From assembly GCA_903842345.1 (NCBI GenBank), contig CAIMLR010000039.1, positions 140,268 through 204,267 of the forward strand: DNA of 64,000 nucleotides, given 5' to 3'. Numbering within the stretch: the stretch's first letter is position 1; each line of letters begins with the position of its first letter. A program made the position numbers and the translations under genes. Under the pieces are notes generated by a model that was not told the DNA's origin, made no database searches, and was given only the letters and a program-made list of their open reading frames with translations. Shown here piece after piece: positions 1 through 11,300 of the stretch. The DNA comes from an uncultured Myxococcales bacterium (GTDB taxonomy: Bacteria; Myxococcota_A; UBA9042).

Positions 1-228
1 AAGCACGCGGCCGCGCTCGTGTTTTTGACGCCGGAGCCTGCGGAGCACGGTGCGCAACAGGAAAATCAAGGTTTTCTGCAGACTTCCCTGGTGTCCCTGC
101 GTTTGACGGTGACGCGCGATCGCGAGGATCCGCGGCGGCTGCGGCTGGACGTCAAGAAAGACAAGCGGCGTGGCCCGGCGACTTTGCGCGCAGAAGTCAG
201 TGGAGGCCCGGATGGTCTGGAACTCTGA
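1..228 (+). CDS. 3' end of a gene running in from upstream, possibly imuA (cell-division-inhibitor-like SOS mutagenesis protein). Partial.
   Basis: Frame 1 is open from nucleotide 1 to the stop at 228. It sits immediately upstream of and overlapping imuB-dnaE2, the usual position of imuA. No diagnostic motif is visible in the 76 aa seen. Confidence 0.25.
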   Translation, partial: KHAAALVFLTPEPAEHGAQQENQGFLQTSLVSLRLTVTRDREDPRRLRLDVKKDKRRGPATLRAEVSGGPDGLEL

Positions 229-1795
229 CGCCAAGCGCCTGGCGTGCGTCGACGTGCCGGCGCTGCCGCTGCAATGCCTGGTGCGGCGCGAGCCGGAGCT
301 GGCGAACTTGCCCGCGGTGATTGTCGATGAACTGCATCCACAAGGCGTGGTGCTGTGGAGCAACCGGGCGGCGCGCGCCGCGGGGGTGCGGACGGGCGCG
401 CGCTACGGCCACGCGCTGAGCCTGTGCGCGCAGTTGCGTGCGGGGTTGGTGCCGGATGCGGAACAACAGGCGGCGATCTCCGCGATCGCTGAGTTGCTGC
501 GGACGTTCACGCCGCTTGTGGAGCCGGCACGCCAGGAGCCCGGCGTCTTCTGGCTGGACGCCAATGGCCTCTCGCGCTTCTACCCAGACCTGCCGCTCGC
601 GGCGATCCACGCGCAGTGGAGCGAGGCGATTCGCGGCAAATTGCGCGAGGCGGGCTGGTACGCCGCCGTTGTGCTGGGCTTTGACCGGCTGGCTACCTAC
701 GCGATTGCCCGGCATTTTCACGGCGTGCGCGTGCTCGTCGACCCGCAGCAGGAGGTGCAAACCTGCGCGCGGGTGGCGCTCGCGAGCCTGGGCGCGACCT
801 GGGGCATTGCCCCCAAACTGCGCGATGAACTGGAGCGGCTGGGCGTCGCGACGTTGGGCGATCTGACCAAGCTGCCGGAGACCGCGCTGCGCGAGCGCAT
901 GGGACTGCAGGTGGCGATGCTGCGGCGACGCCTGGCGCATGACGTGCCGATGCCGCTCGCCGCGGAGCTGCCGACGCCTGAGCCCGTGGCGGCGCGCGAC
1001 TTTGAGCCGGCCGACACCAACGCCGAGCGCCTGCTGTTTGCCGCCAAGGGGCTGCTGGCGCAGCTCTTGCCGCTGCTTGTGGCGCGGCGCCAAGCCGTGG
1101 CGCGGCTGGAGGTGCTGCTGGTGCTGGACCACGCCGCGCTGGCCAATGTTCCGCTGCACCTGCAACCGGCCGAACCGACGCTGCAGGAGCTGCAACTGCT
1201 CGACCTGGTGCGACTGGCGCTGGATCGCACGCCGTTGGCGGCCGCGGTCAAGACGCTGCGGCTGGCGTTGCATGGCGTCCCGGCGACGGCGGAGCAGTTG
1301 GCGCTGTGGCAGTTGCAGGGCCAGCGGGATCCGCATGCCGCGGCGCTGGCGCTCGCCCGGCTGCGCGCGCTGTTTGGCGAAGATGCGGTCGTGGCGGCGA
1401 CGGTGCGGTCGGCGTGGCTGCCCGAGGGCCAGTTCGCGTGGCTGCCGCTGCGCAAGCTGCGGATCCAGACGGCGCGCGCGCCGCAGCAGCCGGACAACGT
1501 GATCCGCCTGCCGCAGCAGCCGCCGTTGCAGCTCGTCCGCCGCCTGCTGAGCCAGCCCGCGCGCCTGCCGCCCAAGCCGCCGGGCAATCGACCGTGGCGG
1601 CTCGCGCCGTTTCGCCCTGAGACGGTTGTGCACTTTGACGGTCCGTATCGCCTCGCCGGCGGCTGGTGGCGTTCGATCAGCCAAACCGACCGCTGCCGCG
1701 ACTACGGCTACGCCACGACGGACCGCGGCACGGTGCTCTGGGTGTTCCACGAGCCGGCGCGCGACGCATGGTTCTGCCACGGTTTTTTGGAATGA
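212..1795 (+). CDS. imuB: ImuB, Y-family DNA polymerase-like protein of the ImuA-ImuB-DnaE2 mutagenesis cassette.
   Basis: ORF 170..1795. The Met at 212 gives the N-terminus [23 protein letters not shown], typical of ImuB/UmuC-like proteins. A Y-family fold is visible (little finger-like HhH region: [21 protein letters not shown]). The stop overlaps the dnaE2 ATG in an ATGA arrangement. The start could also be 170. Confidence 0.7.
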   Translation: MVWNSDAKRLACVDVPALPLQCLVRREPELANLPAVIVDELHPQGVVLWSNRAARAAGVRTGARYGHALSLCAQLRAGLVPDAEQQAAISAIAELLRTFTPLVEPARQEPGVFWLDANGLSRFYPDLPLAAIHAQWSEAIRGKLREAGWYAAVVLGFDRLATYAIARHFHGVRVLVDPQQEVQTCARVALASLGATWGIAPKLRDELERLGVATLGDLTKLPETALRERMGLQVAMLRRRLAHDVPMPLAAELPTPEPVAARDFEPADTNAERLLFAAKGLLAQLLPLLVARRQAVARLEVLLVLDHAALANVPLHLQPAEPTLQELQLLDLVRLALDRTPLAAAVKTLRLALHGVPATAEQLALWQLQGQRDPHAAALALARLRALFGEDAVVAATVRSAWLPEGQFAWLPLRKLRIQTARAPQQPDNVIRLPQQPPLQLVRRLLSQPARLPPKPPGNRPWRLAPFRPETVVHFDGPYRLAGGWWRSISQTDRCRDYGYATTDRGTVLWVFHEPARDAWFCHGFLE

Positions 1796-4700
1796 CGTCG
1801 CCGTATGTGCCGCTGTGGGTCAAGACCCACTTCAGCTTTCTGGAAGGGGCCTCGCGGCCCGACGAACTCGTCGAACGCGCGCATGCCCTGGGTCTGCCGG
1901 CGCTGGCGGTGACGGATCGCGATGGCGTCCCGGGGATCGTGCGGGCGCACGAGGCGGCGAAAGATCTGGGGCTGAAGCTGCTGTTTGGCTCGCAGCTGAC
2001 GGTCGCGAACACGCTGCCGGACGTGCCGCTGCTGCTGCCGGAGCACATCGCCGCCGCGCAGCCGCAGACGCCGGTGTTGCTGGCGATGAACCGCGCGGGC
2101 TATGGCAACCTGTGCCGCTTGGCGACGCTGGGCCGGCGGCGGAGCCAGAAAGGTGGCGCGCTGAACAGTTGGCAGGAGCTGGCGACCCACGCCGATGGCC
2201 TGCTGCTGCTGATGCACCAACCACCGGACGATCTGCGCGCGCCGTGGCTGCAGGACATCGCCGCGGCTTTTGGCGATCGCGCGTACGGGCTGTGCGCGCG
2301 CCACGGCGAGGAAGTGGACAAGCCGCGCGAACGGCAGATGCGGCGGCTCCTGGCGCACTGCGGTTGGCAAGGCGTCGCGGGGCGCGAAGTGCTGTACCAC
2401 GACGCCGCGCGCCGGCGGCTGCAGGACGTGCTGACGTGCATTCGCCTCGGCCTGACGCTGGACAGCGCCGGGCAGCACCTCAAGTCCAACGCCGCGCACG
2501 ATCTGCTGGCGCCCGACGCGTTTGCCCAGCTGTTCCGCGACGAGCCGTCCTGGCTGCAGCAAACCCGGGCGGTGGCGGACCGTTGCCAATTTTCGCTGAA
2601 CGAGCTGCGCTACGTCTACCCGTTGGCGCGGCTGCCCGATGGCACGACGACCGCGGCGCACTTTGAGCGGCTGAGCTGGCAAGGCGCGGCGTGGCGCTAT
2701 CCGCAGGGCGTGCCGGACGACGTGCGCGCGCAGCTGTCCAGGGAACTCGCGCTGATTCACCAACTCGACTACGCGGGCTATTTCCTGACAATGTGGGAGA
2801 TCGTGCAGTTCTGCAACAAACAGGGGATTCTGTGCCAAGGACGCGGCTCGGCGGCCAATTCCGTCGTCTGCTACGTGCTGGGCATCACGGCGATTGACCC
2901 GGTGCGCATGGGGCTGCTGTTTGAGCGGTTCCTGTCGCTGGAGCGCGCGGAGCCGCCGGACATCGACCTGGACATCGAGCATGAGCGGCGCGAAGAGGTG
3001 ATCCAGCACGTCTATGGCCGCTACGATCCGCTGCATCCGGCGGCCAAAAACGCCGACGATCCCGCGGCGTGTGTCCAAACCGGGCGGTCGCACGCGGCGA
3101 TGGTCTGCAACGTCATCCGTTTTCGCGGCAAGTCGGCGATCCGCGAGGTGGGCAAGGTGCTGGGCATTCCGGAGACGGACCTGGACCGCGCGTCGCGCTT
3201 TGTGTCGTCGTGGGGCGAGGACATCGACGCGGCGCAGCTGAAGACCGCGGGGTTTGCCCTGGAGTCGCAGTCGCACCGGCTGCTGTTGGAGTTGGCCAAC
3301 GAGATCCAGGATTTTCCGCGGCATCTGGGCATCCATCCCGGCGGTTTCCTGCTGGGCCACGAGCCGATCGACACGCTGGTGCCGATTGAGAACGCGACGA
3401 TGGAGGCGCGCACCGTTATCCAGTGGGACAAAAACGACGTGGAGGCGCTGGGGCTGTTCAAGGTGGATTTGCTGGGGCTCGGCATGCTGGCGCAGGTGCA
3501 CCGCTGCCTGGACTTGCTCAAGGAAAGCAAAAAGCTCGAGCTGACGATGGCGACAATCCCGGCGGAAGATCCGGCGACGTACGCGATGATCAGCCGCGGC
3601 GACACGGTGGGCGTGTTCCAGATCGAGAGCCGCGCGCAGATGGCGATGCTGCCGCGCCTGCAGCCGCGGACGTTTTACGATCTGGTGGTGGAGGTCGCGA
3701 TCGTGCGGCCGGGGCCGATTACCGGCGGCATGGTGCACCCGTACCTGCGGCGGCGGCAGGGCAAGGAAAAAGTCGAGTACCCGCACGCGTGCCTGGAGCC
3801 CGTGCTGGCGAAAACGCTGGGCGTGCCGCTGTTTCAGGAGCAGGTGATGCGGCTGGCGATGGTGGCGGCGGACTACACGCCGGGCGAGGCGGACCAGCTG
3901 CGGCGGGACATGGCGGCGTGGCGACGCTCCGGCGCGATCGAAAAGCACCACGAGAAGCTGACGACGCGCATGGTGCAGAAGGGCATCGCGGCGGAATTCG
4001 CCGAGCGCGTGTTCCAGCAAATCCGCGGCTTTGGCGAATACGGCTTTCCTGAGAGCCACGCGGCGTCGTTCGCGTTGATTTCCTACGTGACGGCGTGGCT
4101 GAAGTGCCACCATCCGGCGGAGTTCACCTGCGCGCTCCTGAACGCGTGGCCAATGGGCTTCTACTCGCCGGCGACGCTTGTTGAGGACGCCAAGCGCCAC
4201 GGGCTGACGATCCTGCCGATCGACGTCCTGCGATCGGCGTGGGATTGCACGCTGGAGAGCGGCGCGGTGCGGATGGGCCTGAAATTCGTGCACGGGCTGA
4301 CTGTGCTGCACCGCGCGCGGCTGGAGATGGCGCCGGCGCCGTATGCGGATCTCGACGCTTTTGTGCGGCAAACCCGCTTGGACAAACGCGCGCTGGATGC
4401 GCTGGCGGAAGTGGGCGCGCTGGATGGACTGAGCGTCGATCGCCGGCAAGCGCTGTGGCAGGTGCGGGCGCTTGCGCATCGGACGCGCGAGCCGCTGCTG
4501 CTCGCCCAGGACGAGACACTGCCGCTGTTTGCGCCGCTGGGCCTGAGCGGCGCGATTGGCTGGGACTACCGGCGCAGCGGCCTCTCCACGCGCGGCCATC
4601 CGCTCCAGCCCTTGCGCCAGGCGCTGGCCGAACGCCGTCTGCCGACCGCGCACGACATCAACCGGATGCGCACGGGCAAGCGCGTGCGGTTTGTCGGTCT

Positions 4701-4959
4701 TGTGATCTGCCGGCAAAGCCCGGGAACGGCGAGCGGCGTGACGTTCTTTACCCTGGAAGATGAAACGGGTTTCTGCAACCTTGTGGTCTGGAAGGACATC
4801 ATGGCGCGCTTTCGCGTCGTGGCCCGCACGGCCAGCCTGCTGGGCGTAACGGGCCACATCCAGGCGGAAGACGGCGTGGTGCACCTGATCGCGGACACCC
4901 TGTGGACGCCAGAAATCGCCCAACCCGTGAGCGCACCGCGGAGCCGGGACTTCCACTAG
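1792..4959 (+). CDS. dnaE2: Error-prone DNA polymerase DnaE2 (PHP domain plus Pol III alpha catalytic core plus OB fold).
   Basis: N-terminal PHP domain ([45 protein letters not shown]). Pol III alpha motifs ([44 protein letters not shown]). C-terminal OB fold ([29 protein letters not shown]). About 1055 aa, the size of DnaE2 rather than DnaE1. Translationally coupled to imuB. Confidence 0.9.
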   Translation: MTSPYVPLWVKTHFSFLEGASRPDELVERAHALGLPALAVTDRDGVPGIVRAHEAAKDLGLKLLFGSQLTVANTLPDVPLLLPEHIAAAQPQTPVLLAMNRAGYGNLCRLATLGRRRSQKGGALNSWQELATHADGLLLLMHQPPDDLRAPWLQDIAAAFGDRAYGLCARHGEEVDKPRERQMRRLLAHCGWQGVAGREVLYHDAARRRLQDVLTCIRLGLTLDSAGQHLKSNAAHDLLAPDAFAQLFRDEPSWLQQTRAVADRCQFSLNELRYVYPLARLPDGTTTAAHFERLSWQGAAWRYPQGVPDDVRAQLSRELALIHQLDYAGYFLTMWEIVQFCNKQGILCQGRGSAANSVVCYVLGITAIDPVRMGLLFERFLSLERAEPPDIDLDIEHERREEVIQHVYGRYDPLHPAAKNADDPAACVQTGRSHAAMVCNVIRFRGKSAIREVGKVLGIPETDLDRASRFVSSWGEDIDAAQLKTAGFALESQSHRLLLELANEIQDFPRHLGIHPGGFLLGHEPIDTLVPIENATMEARTVIQWDKNDVEALGLFKVDLLGLGMLAQVHRCLDLLKESKKLELTMATIPAEDPATYAMISRGDTVGVFQIESRAQMAMLPRLQPRTFYDLVVEVAIVRPGPITGGMVHPYLRRRQGKEKVEYPHACLEPVLAKTLGVPLFQEQVMRLAMVAADYTPGEADQLRRDMAAWRRSGAIEKHHEKLTTRMVQKGIAAEFAERVFQQIRGFGEYGFPESHAASFALISYVTAWLKCHHPAEFTCALLNAWPMGFYSPATLVEDAKRHGLTILPIDVLRSAWDCTLESGAVRMGLKFVHGLTVLHRARLEMAPAPYADLDAFVRQTRLDKRALDALAEVGALDGLSVDRRQALWQVRALAHRTREPLLLAQDETLPLFAPLGLSGAIGWDYRRSGLSTRGHPLQPLRQALAERRLPTAHDINRMRTGKRVRFVGLVICRQSPGTASGVTFFTLEDETGFCNLVVWKDIMARFRVVARTASLLGVTGHIQAEDGVVHLIADTLWTPEIAQPVSAPRSRDFH

Positions 4960-4995
4960 GCGAGAAGCGCCGCAGCGCGAGAATCAGGGTTTCGG

Positions 4996-5069
4996 TCGGG
5001 GAGACAGGATTCGAACCTGCGACATCCTGCTCCCAAAGCAGGCGCGCTACCGGACTGCGCTACTCCCCG
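4996..5069 (-). tRNA. tRNA-Pro (anticodon TGG).
   Basis: The reverse complement folds as a 74-nt cloverleaf: acceptor CGGGGAG/CTCCCCG with the C1:G72 pair characteristic of bacterial tRNA-Pro, discriminator A73, D-stem GCGC/GCGC, anticodon stem CCTGC/GCAGG with loop TTTGGGA (anticodon UGG, G37), T-arm GCAGG-TTCGAAT-CCTGT. Confidence 0.85.
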
Positions 5070-5104
5070 TTACTTACACAGACACCTTGACTCAGGCCCC
5101 CTTA

Positions 5105-5120
5105 CCCTTCCGGGGAAGGG
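5105..5120. other. GC-rich hairpin (CCCTTC-CGGG-GAAGGG) between the tRNA and its partial copy.
   Basis: 6-bp perfect stem with a 4-nt loop, read directly from the sequence. No U-tract follows. Function unknown; it could be a processing or termination element. Confidence 0.3.
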
Positions 5121-5150
5121 GGTGCGGGGGATGGGGTACGCCAACACTGC

Positions 5151-5215
5151 GCTCCCAAAGCAGGCGCGCTACCGGACTGCGCTACTCCCCGTTACTTGTA
5201 CAGACACCGTTGCAC
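5151..5215 (-). pseudogene. Truncated tandem copy of the tRNA-Pro 5' half (positions 1-41) plus about 25 nt of upstream flank, the degenerate second unit of a roughly 122-bp tandem duplication.
   Basis: 5151..5191 is identical to 5029..5069 (gctcccaaagcaggcgcgctaccggactgcgctactccccg). Flanks 5192..5215 are nearly identical to 5070..5093. Beyond the anticodon loop the copy diverges and cannot form the anticodon stem or T-arm. Confidence 0.6.
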
Positions 5216-5334
5216 ACACCCGCTCCAGTGACGGTGCGGGGCGCGGAGCATCGCCGAGTCTGGAGGGGAACGTCAAGCGAAACTGCCGCTCCTGGACCGC
5301 AAAGCGCGCGGGCCAGGAGCGGCGTCGCATTCTC

Positions 5335-8300
5335 TTACCAACCGCTGCGGCCCTGGTCGTTGCGCTGGGCAGGATACAGACCGTTGGACACTTCCAAGGA
5401 GTACGGCGCGCAGATGGCCGCATCCGTGCCGGTCGGGCGGTAGATGTGAATCGCGTACCACGCGCTGTCATCCGCGCAGCGGCGCAAATCGTAGCCGTAC
5501 GGGAACGCGCCGTGGCCGGTGTAGGCATTGGGCGCGATGTACGAGGCGTTGGCATACCAGTACGCAGCGTAGCCGGTCGTCGGCGCGTTGTAGCAGTTGC
5601 TGCCGTTGTTCGGATACGCCTGGCAGTTACCCGTGTCATACGAGTCGCCGCTCCAGCACGGGAACTCGCCGTACTCCGACAAGGCGTTCGAGAACTGGTA
5701 GCTGCCGCCGCGGTACGTGTTGCCCGACGTGTACCACCAGAAATCGGTGTCACCGCAGCAAACCTGGTTCCAGCCAGCCGGCGTCGAGGAACTCGGCGCA
5801 GCGTAACCAGACGGCGTCGGCGTGAACCACGCGGGCTTGCCCGCACCGTTCTGGAACTGGACCGCGTTCGCACCAGCGCTGCCGGGGCAGAGCTGCGACG
5901 TCGACGAGCCACGGAAGACTTCCATGACCGCACTCGTCGGGTTGGACGGGAACCACGCGCGGACCGTGTACAGGTCGTACTGCAGGTTCACGCCGTAATC
6001 CGCCGCGTCAGCCGCGTAGAAGTAGTACCAGTCGTTGTCCGTTCCCAGGATGAGCGAACCCGAGATCGTCGCCTTCTGACCGTAGTTGCCGCCGCCCATG
6101 TTCAGGTTACCAAGGTCCGACAACGTGTTGCCCAAAGCCGGCGCAAGCTGGACGCCTGGGCAGGTGTTGTTGGCGGGCTCAAACGCGTCGTTGACATTGC
6201 ACTCGCAACCGTCGCTGCAGCCCGTCTGCCCGACGTTGCAAGGCAGCGCCGTGCCGTTGGTGTTCGCGAAGCCAGCCGCGCACGCCGTCACTTGGCAGAC
6301 GCCGGCGGTGCACGCCACCGTGGCATTGTTCGCCGCGCCGGAGAGCGGACCCGCGCCCGACGTGCACCAGTTGGCCGCATTGTCGTCGACGACGCCATTG
6401 CAGTTCTGATCCACGCCGTCGCAGCTTTCCGTCGCGCCCGGGTTGACCGAAGCCACCGAGTCGTTGCAGTCGCCACCGCCCTTCGTGCAGACCGTGGGCA
6501 GGCCCTTGGTGACCTTGGCCGAATCACAGTACGTGTCGCCGTCCTTGTCGCAGAGCTCGTCCACGCCGGTCACGCAGTTGTTGTCCAAGCCGTCGCACCA
6601 TTCCGCGTGCGTCGGGAACGCATCCGCGCCGCCAGCAGCCGGGTTGTCATTGCAGTCCAACGTCGTGCCCGCCGTCGGCGTGCCGCCCAACAAGAGCGCG
6701 CCATTTTGGGCAACCGTGTAGAGCAAGCTCTGCAGGTTGTTGGCGCACATGCACTGGGACGAGTTGATCGGGTAGCCGTCCTGGTCACCGTCAAAGAAGT
6801 AGTTGACGCAACCGCTGGCGTTCTGCTCGTCCGTCGCGCCGTTGCAGTTGTTGTCCAAGCTGTCACCGCAAAGCTCCAGCTTGCCCGGATTGATGCTCAG
6901 ACCCGTAGCGCCGGCCGTGTCATTGCAGTCGCCGCCGCCGAGGTTGCACGAAGCCGGCGTGCCAACCGTGACAAGGTTCTTGTCGCAGTAATGGTCGCCG
7001 TCCTTGTCGCAGTTCTCGTCCGTCGACGCGTTGCAGTTGTTGTCGAGGCCGTCGCACATTTCCGTCATGCCCGGGTTGACGTTCTTGGTCGTGTCGTCGC
7101 AGTCGTTGCCGACCAAGGACGCAGCCGGCGTCAGCGCGCACGCCGTGACGGTGACCGCGGTCTTCGTCATGGTCGCATCGCAGTAGCCGTCCTTGTCGTC
7201 GTCGCAACCTTCGTCCGTGACGCCGTTGCAGTTATTGTCCTTGTTGTCGCAGACCTCGGTCACGCCGCCGCCCTTGATGGCCGGATTCGTGTCGTCGCAG
7301 TCGTTGACCGTCTGCGAGCTGTACGTGCCCGTCGCGCGGCACCAGCACTGCGGCTGCGCAGCAACGCCCCAGCCGTCGCCGTCCGTGTCGTTGTAGAACG
7401 TCAGGCAGTTCTTGCCGTTCTGGTTGTTGTCGGTGCCGTCGCAGTTCTCGTCCACGCCAGGCGTCGCGCAGTCTTCGACAATGGCCGCACCCGGGTGGAT
7501 GTTGGCCGCGCCGTCGTTGCAGTCATTGCCAACCGCGCCCGTGCCCGTGCCGGAAGAAACGCACGTCGAGACGAGCACGCCGCTGGCGATGATGGCCGTG
7601 TTGGCGCAGTAGTCGTCGTTGTCGACGTCGCAGACTTCATCGATGCCGCCGACGCAGTTGTTGTCGACGTTGTCGCAGACTTCAACCGCACCCACGTAGA
7701 CCGCAGCGTTGTTGTCGTTGCAGTCGTCGCCGGTCGCGGTGGTGGAGCCTGTGGGGAACGGGCTGTTGCTGATGCAGAGCGCCGTCGCAGTGACCAGCTT
7801 GCCGACCGCACAGTGCTTGTCGTTGTCCACGTCGCAGTTTTCGTCAATCGTCACGACGCCGCTCGCCGCGGGTGTGATGACCGTGGTCAACCGGACGTCA
7901 ACGTTGAACACGCCAGCCGAACCGAACGCGGCGTACGTACCCGACGTAGGCAGCGCGCCGCCGGCCGCAGCGAACGAAGCGTAACCGTTCGGGTACGCGC
8001 TCGTGGCGTCGCTGGTGCCGGTCGTGTTGCGCTCAAACGTGCCACCGGTAACGGTCGCCTGTGGGTGGAAAACGACGTAGTAGACGTCATTCGTCGCCAA
8101 GGAGACCACGCCCGAGGCGATGGGGAACGTCGCAGCGCTCAGACCATTGGCCGTGACCGTCTGCGTGACCTTGGTGATCTGCGTGCCGACGCCAGGCGCG
8201 CCGCCCTTGAAGATGAACAGATCCACCGCGGAGGCGACGTTCACGGTATTGATGTAAATCGTCACCGAGGTGAGCGAGCCCGTGTTGGCCGCCTTCAAGG

Positions 8301-11300
8301 CCTGCGCGACGTAGTTGTTCAGCGAGTTCGTGCCCGGCGTCGCCAGACCCGGAATCACCACGTCGTTGACCGGCGTACCGCTGGCACCGACGTTGCAGTT
8401 GTTGTCGAGGCCGTCGCAGATCTCCGTCGCGCCCGGGTTGACCGTGGCCTTGGTGTCATCGCAGTCGCCCGTGATGCTCGCGGAGTAGTTCGGCACCGCG
8501 CCGACCGCCGACTGACGGCACTCGCAGACAGACGCCGCGGCGTTGCTGCCGTAGCCATCCTGGTCCGCGTCGACGTACCACGCGGTGCAGTTCGCCGCGC
8601 CAACTTCGTTGGTCAAGCCGTTGCAGTTGTCATCATACGCGGTGCTGCAATCTTCAGCGCGGCCGGGGTTGATGAGGTTGTTCGCGTCGTTACAGTCGCC
8701 GCCGCCGTTGGGGCACTTGCCGCCAGCCGACTGAACGCCATTGCAGTAGCCGTCGCCGTCCAGATCGTTGCAGCCTTCGTCCGTCCCGCCAACGCAGTTG
8801 TTGTCGATGCTGTCGCACAGTTCGACGGCACCCGGGTTGATGGTTGCACTGGAGTCGTTGCAGTCGCCGCCGCCAAAGATGCAAGCCGCCGGAGTGCCAA
8901 CGGTCGTCAGCGCCGCGTCGCAGTACTTGTCGCCGTCCTTGTCGCAGCTCTCGTCCGTCGTGCCGTTGCAGTTGTTGTCAACGCCGTCGCAGATTTCCGT
9001 CTTGCCCGGGTACACCGACGAGTTGGCGTCGTTGCAGTCCGTGCCGGAGCCCGCGGAAGCCTGGTTGAAGCAAGCCGTGCCCGCGCCGAAGCCGCCTGCC
9101 GCGACCGTCTTGGTCGTGGCGCAGTAGCCGTCCTTGTCCGCGTCGCAGCCGTCGTCCGTCACGCCATCGCAATTGTTGTCGATGCCGTCGCAGATTTCCG
9201 TGCCACCCGGATTCGCCGACGCCGCGTTATCGTTGCAGTCGTCGCCGAGCTTGGTGCTGCCCACGGCAGGTTTGGTCGTCTTCGTGCACGTCGCCGTCGA
9301 CGTGATGTACATCGTCGCGTCGCAGTACAGATCCGCGTCGTCATCGCAGCCTTCGTCAACCGTCGTGCCGGCGCCCGTGACCCCGACGTTGACGTTGATC
9401 TGCAGGTCCGCGGGACCAGCGTACGCCGAGTAGGCGCCCGTCAGCGTGGCAGCAAAAGACTCTGTACCGCTGGCGTACGGATTGGTGTTGTTGTCCGAAA
9501 TCAGCTGACCGGTCGCAGTGGTCGTGTGGAAGATCAACCCGTACGTCGCGCCCGCGGTCACGTTGATCGCGCCGGAGATCGTGAACGTCACCTTGGTCGC
9601 GGAGCCATAGGTCGGCACCGAGATGGTCTGGGTCGTGCCGATCTGCACGCCGCCCGCGGTCGGCAGACCGAGGGTGTAGACGAACATGTCCAGGTTGATG
9701 GTCTGCGTCGTCTTCACGTACACATCCACGCTGCTGAGTTGACCGGTGTGCTGCGCGACAAACGTCTGGCCAACAAAGTTGGTCAGCGAGTGCGTGACCA
9801 GCGTCGAGACCGGCTGCGTCACGTCAGCGAAGTACGTCGTACCGCCGGTCACGTTGCAGTTGTTGTCAATCGCGTCGCAGATTTCCGTCGCGCCCGGGTT
9901 GACCGACACCTTGGTGTCGTCGCAGTCGCCCGCCGCCGAAGCGACGTATTGGCCCTGCGCCGCGCACTGGCACTGATTCGCCGCGCTGTTGGCGCCGTAG
10001 CCGTCCAGGTCCGCATCCTTGTAGAACGGAATGCAGTTGGCCGCGCCGACGTCATTGGTCGTGCCGTTGCAGTTGTCGTCGTACGCGGTCAAGCAGTCCT
10101 CGGTCTTCAGCGGGCTGACGTTGGCGTTCGTGTCGTCACAGTCCGTGTTGAGGAGCGAGGTGTACTTGCCGGTCGCCACGCAGACGCACTGCGAGACGTT
10201 GACGCCGACGCCGTCGGAGTCGCCGTCCCAGTAGTAGTTGATGCAGCCGCTGCCGCCGACGCTGCCCGCGACGCCGTCGCAGTTGAAGTCCGTGGCGTTG
10301 CCACAGATATCGGTCGCGTTCGGGTGAACGGCGCTGTTCGTGTCGTTGCAGTCGCCGCCGCCACTCGGGCAGATGGTCGGCGAGCCGATGGTCGTCATGG
10401 TCGAATCGCAGTAGCCGTCGCCGTCGTCGTCACAACCTTCATCGGCGATGCCGTTGCAGTTGTTGTCGATGCCGTCGCAGAGTTCCGGCAGACCGGGGCT
10501 CGCCAGGTAGTTGCCGTCGTCGCAGTCGCCGCCCTTGCTGGAGGTGTACGGTGCCACGCCGGTGCACAGGCACTGGCCCGCGCCGCTGAGCGACAGGGTG
10601 CGCAAGAACGTGACGAACGAGGTGTTCTTGCCGCCGTTCGGCTGGCCCGGCGTGCCGGAGCCGCCCGCCACGTAGTTGGTTGCCACATCGACGCCAGAAA
10701 TGTCGCCGACAAACTGCACGTACGGCACAGCGACGGTCGGTGCCGTGTTGATCTGCGCCTTGCCGAAGCCGGGCTTGGCCGTCGACCACGCCCACGAGTC
10801 GATCGACGTCGTGCCGCTCAGGCTCGTGTCGACCCACGCCACGTCCGCGCCTGCGAAGTCGGCGCCACTCGCGTCGGTCAGCACATACGCGCCGTCGGTG
10901 TAGAGCTGGAGGTTCCAGTCGCCGGTCGCCGGGTTGTACGCCGTGTCTTCCGTGCCGATGATGCCCTTACCGCCCACGTTGATGATCGTGCCGGCCTTCA
11001 GGGTCGTGATGCCGAGCGCTCCGAGGTTCAGGTGGAAGGCGCCAACCTTGGCTGCGCCACTCGTCGACGAGTCGCCGAAGTAGATCGTCGCCAGGTCGGT
11101 GATGGTCCAGTCAGCCGTGACGAGGATTTCCATCGAATCCTGCGCCGTGGAGCCCGCGAACGTCGTCGACGAGTAGTGGATCTCGTTGATGACGGCCTTC
11201 TGGAAGGAGCTCGAGCCCTTGCCGTAGGTGTCGCCGTCGTAGTCCGCGAAGAACTGCGTGCAGCCTTGGGCGTTCAGGTCGTTGTAACCGCCGGAGCAGT

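Noticed and set aside
1708-4956. 1,082-aa minus-strand ORF overlapping dnaE2.
   Set aside because: Antisense to a gene with unmistakable Pol III alpha/PHP motifs. Arg/Ala-rich shadow frame.
4996-5215. tRNA-Pro fragment pair as attL/attR of an integrated island.
   Set aside because: The two copies are only 122 bp apart in tandem and comprise the tRNA 5' half. No integrase or island lies between them, so this is a local duplication scar rather than an att pair.
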